Shown here: positions 57,376 to 64,000 of the stretch, piece by piece
Layout of the letters: each line of letters opens with the position of its first letter
Position numbering within the stretch: the stretch's first letter is position 1
Assembly: GCA_046582185.1 (NCBI GenBank)
Contig: JAYGEX010000033.1
Span: 168-64,167 of the forward strand
From: Pseudomonadales bacterium
GTDB taxonomy: Bacteria > Pseudomonadota > Gammaproteobacteria > Pseudomonadales > Azotimanducaceae
Direction: 5' to 3'
DNA: 64,000 nt
Translations under genes and position numbers: made by a program
Notes under the pieces: model-generated
The model's database searches: none
What the model was told of the DNA's origin: nothing
What the model saw: only the letters and a program-made list of their open reading frames with translations

Positions 57376-57692
57376 TCATTCGACCGATACATAAATTCGT
57401 CGGTTATTTACCCTCAACCGTAAAAAAATACAGTCTTTATCTCACGAACGAATCAGAACACCCAGCATTACAGTCCGACGCAACTTCTGCGTCGGCCAAT
57501 TAAACATCAGTATCAGCTATGGGATCGCTCACAATCCCATCAAGGATCTCCGTTATCTGATCCTGATCACTTTTCGCTTGTGCCTAAAAGGGTGCGACCA
57601 GCACCAACAATATTAAAATAGCGTGAATCATTGTCATCGAATATACCCTTTCTGTTTATATTAGTGGGGCGAAGGGAATCATTCGTACTCCC

Positions 57693-58310
57693 CTAGGTGT
57701 GATCATTTTCATCATTTCCGTGGGTACCCTCTATTTTTACGTATGTCAGCATACCAGCCTCTGAGTGACCGGGAATATTACAGGAGAAAACGACTTCTGG
57801 CTCACCGTCGAATTTCCAGTAAAGCTCTTTCGTTTCACCGCTTTCAAGGCTGATGGTCGTGCCATCTTCATGCTTCATGTCAGGCATTTTACTCATCATG
57901 GCGACATGGGCAATCTGCTCTTCTGTATTGCTGATTAAGAATTCATGACGAGCTTTTCCCTCATTGGTTATAACAAACTTCACAACATTACCTGCTCTGA
58001 TATTCAGCGGGGCACTGTATTCAATTTTCATTGAGTCATGAAGTGACAAATCGATAACCACATCGACCCATGGTGTCGCTGGCAGCGGTGTCCCGGCTGA
58101 ATTTGCGTGACTACCATTGTGATCATCACCGTCGCCATCCGCATGATCCATGCCTTCCATATCATCATGGTTCATCCCCTGCATCCCGCTATGATCCATG
58201 CCTTTCATCCTGCTATGGTCCATACCTTGCATTGATTCCTTCTCACTATCTCCCTTGGCCATTACATTGATCGAGAAGAACACCAGCACTATCGTTAGTA
58301 TTATTTTCAT
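57693..58310 (-). CDS. periplasmic cupredoxin (plastocyanin/azurin-like) with Met/His-rich N-terminal region
   Basis: Signal peptide, repeated GMDHS/GMQGMNH motifs, and type-1 copper ligands in ..HEF.. and FSCNIPGHSEAGM. Confidence 0.8.
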   Translation of the reverse strand: MKIILTIVLVFFSINVMAKGDSEKESMQGMDHSRMKGMDHSGMQGMNHDDMEGMDHADGDGDDHNGSHANSAGTPLPATPWVDVVIDLSLHDSMKIEYSAPLNIRAGNVVKFVITNEGKARHEFLISNTEEQIAHVAMMSKMPDMKHEDGTTISLESGETKELYWKFDGEPEVVFSCNIPGHSEAGMLTYVKIEGTHGNDENDHT

Positions 58311-58336
58311 TTTAATTTGTCCTTAAATTATTGGTT

Positions 58337-59038
58337 TTAAAACCAGAGTTTGATACCCAGCATAATACTGGTGTTGGAGTAATTTTGACCGGTAAGCTTT
58401 GCATAATCCGCCGTATTGCCGTATTTCCTGGCGAACGTTACGCCGATATAAGGTGCGATCTCCCGCCGAACTTCATAACGCAGGCGCAAGCGAAATTCTG
58501 TATCAGACAAACCAGACCCGAGGCCAAGTTCCCTGTCATCCTTACCATAGAAATTGGCCTCAATCTCAGGCGTTAAAATCAGTTTCTGGGTGAACATCAG
58601 TTCATACTCAAAATCCAATCTCAGCGCCGTGCGCCCATTCTCCCCAACGAATGCAGTGATCTCACTCTCAAAGAAATAGGGTGCCAATCCCTGAATCCCG
58701 AAGGCAAGCCAGGTACGACTCGGTGACGGGTCAAAGTCATGCCTCACGCCCATCTGAACATCCCAATATCTGGCGAAGCCGCGGCTATAAAGTAGTTGCA
58801 GTTCTGTCTCCTCGAAGTCGCCATCTACAAGTTCAATCTCTGACTTGATCCAGATTTTGTTCAGATCTTTTCCGACCCATGCATCCAGATCAATAATGAC
58901 GGTATCCTCGTCGTCGTCCGTGACCTCAAACTGATTGAGCGACAGGCTGGCGAGAATTGGATCATCATTCATTCCCGCACTTACCGGATGGATAGTAAGG
59001 GTTAAAAGAAACGCAAATATAAGACTCTTGTTTTTCAT
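58337..59038 (-). CDS. copB: copper resistance protein B (CopB/PcoB outer-membrane protein)
   Basis: Signal peptide, beta-barrel-like alternating sequence ending ..GIKLWF, placed directly downstream of copA. Confidence 0.8.
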   Translation of the reverse strand: MKNKSLIFAFLLTLTIHPVSAGMNDDPILASLSLNQFEVTDDDEDTVIIDLDAWVGKDLNKIWIKSEIELVDGDFEETELQLLYSRGFARYWDVQMGVRHDFDPSPSRTWLAFGIQGLAPYFFESEITAFVGENGRTALRLDFEYELMFTQKLILTPEIEANFYGKDDRELGLGSGLSDTEFRLRLRYEVRREIAPYIGVTFARKYGNTADYAKLTGQNYSNTSIMLGIKLWF

Positions 59039-59050
59039 ACTTACCTCCCT

Positions 59051-60838
59051 TTAAGTAATTTCAACAGCACGGAACATACCGAGCATGTGATATAGGAGAT
59101 GACAGTGATAAGCCCAGGTTCCGCGGGCATCTGCTGTGACGAGATAGCTTATCTTTGCACCAGGCTGGACGATGATTGTGTGTTTTCTTGGAATATGTAG
59201 CGGATCACCCGTTTCCAGCTCACTCCAGACACCATGCAAATGGATCGGGTGATTCATCATCGTGTCGTTCACCAGGTTAATTCGTACCCGCTCACCATAT
59301 TTAAGTCGCAATGGCTGCGCATCAGCGAATTTGATCCCATTCATGGACCACATATATCGGCTCATATTGCTTGTTAGATGCAGGTTGATCTCACGGGAAG
59401 GCTCCCTTCTGTCTCTCGTTGGGTGCAGTGAGTAAAGATCAGCATAAGTCAGTACACGACGACCATGCTTTTCCTGATGGTCCCGCAAACCAATCCCCGG
59501 ATCGTTCAACTGATTTCCTGGTGCATCAGCCCTCATGTCTACCTGGGGACCAAACTCTGATGGCAGGTGAATAACTGAAGCTGCGGTACCAAAACCAGCC
59601 AGGCCTGAACCATAAGTGGAATGGGATCCATGCCTCGCGTGTTTCATATTTCCCATGCTCGTATGATCTATAGCCTGCATGCCGGAATGACCCATACCTT
59701 GCATGTCGCCATGGTTCATCCCATCCATGCTCATCCCCATGTCTCCATGGGTAAGAATTATCGGCTCATCCATCTTCGGGACAGGCGCGTTTAAGGAAAG
59801 ATCAGGCGTCAGCGTTCCCCGGGCAAATCCTGTGCGGTCGATAGATTGAGCAAACACGGTGTAGGCAATTTCCGCTGATGGCTCCACAAGAACATCATAG
59901 GTTTCCGCCACACCAATCCGAAACTCATCAACCGTTACCGGCTCAATATATTGTCCGTCAGATGCGACGACGGTCATCTTCAAACCTGGTATTCGCACAT
60001 CGAACAGTGTCATGGCGGCTGCATTGACGATTCGGAGCAGCACGCGCTCACCCTTCTTGAAGAGCCCTGTCCAACCGCTTGCCGGTACCTGACCATTCAT
60101 GAGGAAGGTATAAGTGTAGCCGGAGATATCTGAAATATCACGATCACTCATGCGTGCCTGGTTCCACATCGCTCGTTTAGCGCGAGTAGCACTGAGCCCA
60201 TCCTCCTTCAGGTCATGAATCAGATCACCGACCGTACGCTCCTGAAAATTGTAGTAGTCGCTCATCTTCTTCAATTTGGCGTAAACTTTTTCCGGCTTTT
60301 CATCACTCCAATCGGACAATACAAGTGCGTATTCGCGATCATACTGAAATGGCGGCGGTTCTTTCGGGTCAATGATGATTGCACCATAGACACCCGTCTG
60401 TTCCTGAAAACCCGAATGGCTGTGATACCAGTAGGTACCGCTCTGTCCCAGCTTGAATTCGTAATGATAGGTATCGCCGGGTTTAATTCCATCGAAGCTG
60501 AGGCCCGGGACACCGTCCATATCTGTGGGCAAAATAATGCCATGCCAATGAATGGAGCTATCGTGAGCAAGATTGTTCTTAACTCGTAAGGAAACCGTTT
60601 CGCCTTCTTTCCACCTTAATGTGGGTCCTGGTAACGACCCGTTTACAGTCGTCGCGATTACATCCTTGCCAGTTAAGTTAACAGGGGTATAACCAATATC
60701 CAGATTAAATTGATTCCCCTGCAATACGGATTGCGTACCGTTTTCACTTGCTCCAGCAAATCTCGAGAAGGACGCCGCTGCCAGGAGTGTCGTAGCACCC
60801 AGAATAAATTGTCGGCGCGTTGGCGAGTAATTATTCAT
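59051..60838 (-). CDS. copA: copper resistance multicopper oxidase CopA/PcoA (Tat-exported)
   Basis: Tat motif SPTRRQFILGA. Copper sites HWHGI, YHSH, HPIHLHG, HCHLLYHMLGM. Met/His-rich insert MGMSMDGMNHGDMQGMGHSGM. Confidence 0.9.
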   Translation of the reverse strand: MNNYSPTRRQFILGATTLLAAASFSRFAGASENGTQSVLQGNQFNLDIGYTPVNLTGKDVIATTVNGSLPGPTLRWKEGETVSLRVKNNLAHDSSIHWHGIILPTDMDGVPGLSFDGIKPGDTYHYEFKLGQSGTYWYHSHSGFQEQTGVYGAIIIDPKEPPPFQYDREYALVLSDWSDEKPEKVYAKLKKMSDYYNFQERTVGDLIHDLKEDGLSATRAKRAMWNQARMSDRDISDISGYTYTFLMNGQVPASGWTGLFKKGERVLLRIVNAAAMTLFDVRIPGLKMTVVASDGQYIEPVTVDEFRIGVAETYDVLVEPSAEIAYTVFAQSIDRTGFARGTLTPDLSLNAPVPKMDEPIILTHGDMGMSMDGMNHGDMQGMGHSGMQAIDHTSMGNMKHARHGSHSTYGSGLAGFGTAASVIHLPSEFGPQVDMRADAPGNQLNDPGIGLRDHQEKHGRRVLTYADLYSLHPTRDRREPSREINLHLTSNMSRYMWSMNGIKFADAQPLRLKYGERVRINLVNDTMMNHPIHLHGVWSELETGDPLHIPRKHTIIVQPGAKISYLVTADARGTWAYHCHLLYHMLGMFRAVEIT

Positions 60839-60986
60839 CACTGCCACCAATCTGGTAGGAGTCGAATCGGCTTCTCATTTCCATGCCGGGGCTTCCTACT
60901 GGCATTCCTGGAACAGAAAAGCCCGGAACAGCAAGGCCAATGCCGTTGATCCACAAGCAAAGTGTGAATACAAATTTATTCATCAT
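60831..60986 (-). CDS. candidate 51-codon small ORF overlapping the copA start (speculative)
   Basis: My hand translation: MMNKFVFTLCLWINGIGLAVPGFSVPGMPVGSPGMEMRSRFDSYQIGGSDE*. The stop overlaps the copA ATG by 8 nt. No clear RBS. Confidence 0.25.
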   Translation of the reverse strand: MMNKFVFTLCLWINGIGLAVPGFSVPGMPVGSPGMEMRSRFDSYQIGGSDE

Positions 60987-61082
60987 GTTGAATCCAGTTC
61001 CAAAAGATTAGGAAAGTTTCTGGCAAAAAATTGCCAGTTGAGCAGGCTTACACCAAAAAAAAGGTGCAACTATCCAGGGGAT

Positions 61083-61409
61083 CTAGATTGTAATTGGGGG
61101 GCGTATCAGGCGTTCAGCGGCCGGATCATCGGGATCCACTTGGCGGAGTATATTGCGCGGTTGCGCGAATGGGCTTGAATCCATCATGCTGGTTGCCAAA
61201 GGGAAGAAGTGCGCGACACAACAGCCGCATTCAGTTTTGCAACACTTTGACTCTTCAACCTTATGGCACTCTTCATGCTCAGCAAAGGACATGGTCGAAC
61301 CAGCCATAACCATCTGGTCATTCTCAGGCATTTTGACTGCTGCACCAGCTGCAATGGGCGCCATAATCAATGCCACGGTCAAAACAGATATGGTAATTTT
61401 ATGAAACAA
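61083..61409 (-). CDS. small secreted Cys/His-rich protein at the head of the cop cluster
   Basis: Signal peptide MFHKITISVLTVALIMAPIAAGAA, then HEECHKVEESKCCKTECGCCVAHF. The C-terminal ..RLIRPP tail is reminiscent of DUF2946-type copper-associated proteins (unverified). Confidence 0.55.
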   Translation of the reverse strand: MFHKITISVLTVALIMAPIAAGAAVKMPENDQMVMAGSTMSFAEHEECHKVEESKCCKTECGCCVAHFFPLATSMMDSSPFAQPRNILRQVDPDDPAAERLIRPPITI

Positions 61410-61721
61410 ATTTGAGCCAGGATTTTTCTTTCAAGACAATTAGAGCATAACAATGCAGGAAAGTTCCACCTTCCTGCGACTCTCGGTAATTGTGAGTGGG
61501 TGGATTGGGACACTGCAGAAAGGTGACCAAACCAATGTGTTGGCACTTGGATGGGCCTTAGGTTTCCCAAAGTCCCACTAGTGGTTAATGCGCTGCAATA
61601 AAATTGGTTTAGTAAGCGCCCATTTTCTGCAGAGTGTTCGTCACCGATTCTCACTGGACCACTAGAATGTTGTAATACATTGATACTAAAGATTAAAGTT
61701 ATCTTGGCATGAAACTAGCTT

Positions 61722-62150
61722 ATGTACCTGGATACCTTCAGGCTTTTGGAAATGACAAGTTTTATGACACATTCCTCTTACCGAGACAACATTTCACTCA
61801 CTAATACACGGCGTGAGCATGCAAGGGTACCGGCTAGAGGGCATGTGGTAGCCCAGGTAGTTGAAGGCCCAGACGAGTCACTCATTGGTTATACATTTCG
61901 CTCTCCAATAGTTGAAATTTCACCATGCGGGCTTCGTTTGAGCACCAACAGGCAATTATCAGGCTGCCGCCTGGATCTATGGCTCGAGATCAATGACCAC
62001 AACGAGAAGATGTTCTTAGCTGCTGATGTCAGATGGACAAGCCCTGAGGAAGCAGGAGATTATCAGATTGGGGTTGAGCTCGTTGCGAACCCGCTTACTG
62101 ATATAGAAGAGTGGTGTGAATTTCAACGTAAAGAATGGTTTCTCCAATAG
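61722..62150 (+). CDS. PilZ-domain protein
   Basis: RREHAR (RxxxR) followed 34 residues later by EISPCGLRL ((D/N)xSxxG-like), then ..ADVRW......YQIGVEL. The start could be 61752. Confidence 0.65.
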   Translation: MYLDTFRLLEMTSFMTHSSYRDNISLTNTRREHARVPARGHVVAQVVEGPDESLIGYTFRSPIVEISPCGLRLSTNRQLSGCRLDLWLEINDHNEKMFLAADVRWTSPEEAGDYQIGVELVANPLTDIEEWCEFQRKEWFLQ

Positions 62151-62167
62151 AGCCTAGAAATGTGCGA

Positions 62168-63361
62168 CTACTCTTTTGCCTTAAGAAGTCCAAATTCAGC
62201 AAGAATCTCCTCAGTATGCTCACCGTGTTTCGGTGGGCCGTGATGAAAACTGGCCGGTGAATCCTTGAACTTAATCGGATTTCCAGGCAACGCCCCCAGG
62301 GGGTTTTCCCCGGGATACTGATACTCCTGAATCATATCCCGGATCAAAGTATGTGGATCAGCAAAAACCTCTTTCATTGTGTTAGCCGGGCCACACGGGA
62401 CTTTGCCGCCAATCAGATCCAAAATCTCCTGCTTCGTTTTGGTTGTTGTCCATGCCGCAATCTGGGCCTCGGTAAACTCATGGTTTTTGGCTCGTTTCGG
62501 ATTCGTTCTGGTTCGTTCGTCATTAACAAGATCAGGACGTCCCATGGCTTCGCACAGTAAGCCCCAGTGTCGCTCAACAGGCGCGGCGATGGCAATACGA
62601 CCGTCAGCGGTTGGGAAAAGACCAAATGGAACCAGTGATTTTCCACCTGGCTTGCGCTCGGTATTGGTTAAACCATAAGCCGCTATACTGGGTTTGAGTA
62701 GGGTTAGTACGGCGTCATACATAGCAACATCAAAAAATTGACCCTTGCCCGTTTTCTGCGCACGATGCACAGCGGCAAGCAGACCAAGCGCCATTAACGT
62801 ACCTGGGTAGATATCAGATATAGCGATTCCAACAAGATCGCCAGTCGCCTCGACCAGGCCGCCCACACTTTGGCCCGCCACATCAAGACAAGGCCATGAA
62901 GAATAGGGGCTATCACCGGTTCGCGGGTCTCCGTAGCCCCGTACTGCGCCGTATACAATTTTCGGGTTTCTGGCTGAAATGGCGTCATAACCAACGCCAA
63001 GCTGATCCATGACGCCGGCCCGCATGTTTTCAACAATAGCGTCTGCCTGCTCACAAAGCCTGAATAGCGTTTCCCGATCTTCTGCTTTTTTTAGATCCAG
63101 GCAAATGCTGCGTTTGTTGCGATTAACACTGGCAAACGTCGCACCATAATCGACACCGGCGTCGCTCTTGCTACCGACTCGCGCATAGTCAGGTGGAAAC
63201 GGCGGCATCATCCTGAAATTATCGCCGCTCGGCGGTTCAACCTTAATAACATTGGCGCCGAGATCGGCCAGAAGTGTCGTCCCAAATGGACCCGCAAACG
63301 CCATGGTACAGTCAATTATTGTTATGTCCTCTAAAGGACCAGTTCGGACGACGTCTAACAT
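62168..63361 (-). CDS. CaiB/BaiF family (class III) CoA-transferase
   Basis: L.D..IID.T...AGPF.T..LADLGA.VIKVEPP.GD, and the central catalytic-Asp region (GIAISDIYPG). Confidence 0.85.
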   Translation of the reverse strand: MLDVVRTGPLEDITIIDCTMAFAGPFGTTLLADLGANVIKVEPPSGDNFRMMPPFPPDYARVGSKSDAGVDYGATFASVNRNKRSICLDLKKAEDRETLFRLCEQADAIVENMRAGVMDQLGVGYDAISARNPKIVYGAVRGYGDPRTGDSPYSSWPCLDVAGQSVGGLVEATGDLVGIAISDIYPGTLMALGLLAAVHRAQKTGKGQFFDVAMYDAVLTLLKPSIAAYGLTNTERKPGGKSLVPFGLFPTADGRIAIAAPVERHWGLLCEAMGRPDLVNDERTRTNPKRAKNHEFTEAQIAAWTTTKTKQEILDLIGGKVPCGPANTMKEVFADPHTLIRDMIQEYQYPGENPLGALPGNPIKFKDSPASFHHGPPKHGEHTEEILAEFGLLKAKE

Positions 63362-63376
63362 ATTGATACTCCAGGG

Positions 63377-64000
63377 TTAACGATCGAGTTCAGGCGCAAT
63401 TGTAGTATAGATTTTTCCAAGATAGTCGATCATGGCGTCAACAGTGCGATAACCATGTTGAAAAATCGGCACACAGTCAATTGAGATCTGATCAAAGCCG
63501 AGGTCTCGCAGTTCAATAACACGCTCGCGCAACAGTTCAGGGTCTGCATAAAATCGCTTGCGTTTTTCTCGGTCCAGCGCGCCTGGTGACAAGGACATCT
63601 GCATACCAATCTCGGATGGGTCGCGCCCCGCCTCCTCCGCAAAGCGACGAACTTTAGCCATACCTTCTTCAATAGGTGGATCACCTTTTATGGTCATCGC
63701 CATCCAGCCATCAGCCAGTTCACCCACTCTTTTCAGCATCGGCTCTGCCGTACCTCCGATCCAAATGGGTATACCGCCTGCTTGCGGCGGCTTGGGCTCC
63801 ATGGCAATTTCATCCAGTTGATAATAGTCACCATTAAAATTAACGTGCTCATCCTGCCAGTAGGCTCGAAGTACTTGAATCGCTTCCGACATTCTTTTGC
63901 CTCGCGAATGGAAGTCTTCATTAAGGGCTTCGTATTCCGATTTCTGCCAGCCAATACCGACGCCGAGACGTACCCTGCCAGCAGAGAGGGTATCGAGTGA
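63377..64000 (-). CDS. LLM-class flavin/F420-dependent oxidoreductase, 5' end beyond the window
   Basis: The frame continues upstream of the listed Met: LDTLSAGRVRLGVGIGWQKSEYEALNEDFHSRGKRMSEAIQVLRAYW... IPIWIGG. Confidence 0.75.
   Translation of the reverse strand, partial: SLDTLSAGRVRLGVGIGWQKSEYEALNEDFHSRGKRMSEAIQVLRAYWQDEHVNFNGDYYQLDEIAMEPKPPQAGGIPIWIGGTAEPMLKRVGELADGWMAMTIKGDPPIEEGMAKVRRFAEEAGRDPSEIGMQMSLSPGALDREKRKRFYADPELLRERVIELRDLGFDQISIDCVPIFQHGYRTVDAMIDYLGKIYTTIAPELDR

Noticed and set aside
57475-57495. Perfect 8-bp hairpin CCGACGCA-ACTTC-TGCGTCGG (and ATGGGAT..ATCCCAT at ~57519-57540) as terminators
   Set aside because: No U-tract follows on either strand, and the position ~100 nt from both flanking stops is ambiguous. 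They are not reported as features.
61666-61681. AATGT-N6-ACATT inverted repeat as a cop box or regulator site
   Set aside because: The arms are only 5 bp. It lies upstream of the PilZ gene rather than the cop promoter, and matches no operator consensus I can recall with confidence.
1-64000. tRNA, rRNA and riboswitch genes
   Set aside because: I scanned the larger intergenic regions by eye (11.45-11.66, 12.48-12.69, 29.18-29.54, 36.66-36.90, 44.43-44.95, 45.81-46.21, 55.65-55.97, 57.38-57.69, 61.41-61.72 kb). I saw no cloverleaf-type or known riboswitch signatures. A covariance-model scan was not possible.

Overview
The window looks like a chromosomal segment of a marine-type gammaproteobacterium, judged from gene content and an apparent GC of about 45-50% by eye (not computed). 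It holds about 60 protein genes. I found no rRNA, tRNA or CRISPR. Housekeeping genes (rapA, slyD-like FKBP, ilvA-type threonine dehydratase, lepB, prc, ybaK, djlA, manB/algC-type mutase, xni, folD) are interleaved with accessory blocks:
- the 3' end of an IS3-family element at the left edge
- a CYP153-type P450, ferredoxin, ferredoxin reductase and AraC cluster (7.4-11.5 kb)
- a wrecked pair of transglutaminase-like genes (11.7-12.5 kb)
- a haloalkane dehalogenase
- two tandem gamma-glutamyltransferases, the second visibly GC-richer
- an arylsulfatase broken by a 1-nt frameshift inside its C-x-P-S-R motif
- an amidase / LLM oxidoreductase / D-aminoacylase / PhyH dioxygenase / MFS catabolic block (48-55.6 kb)
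- a copA-copB-cupredoxin copper block (57.7-61.4 kb)
The best candidate for an undescribed system is a tightly translationally coupled eight-gene operon at 22.5-28.4 kb. All eight products are envelope-targeted. They are a helical periplasmic protein, a Cys-rich lipoprotein, a short MotA/ExbB/TolQ-like channel, and a MotB/ExbD-like single-TM protein with a conserved Asp, a Pro/Glu-rich linker and an unknown C-terminal domain. These are followed by a 433-aa periplasmic protein, a TM-anchored SPOR-domain protein, an SLT-type lytic transglycosylase and a small beta-rich secreted protein. That last protein is a glycine-zipper-less paralog of the gene just upstream of the operon. No TonB C-domain, TonB-dependent receptor, Tol-Pal, flagellar or Zorya effector partner is present. 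A ~100-bp MITE-like repeat occurs twice in direct orientation (19.70 and 34.80 kb) and brackets the 15 kb containing this operon. All family calls come from reading motifs by eye. No database search was run.
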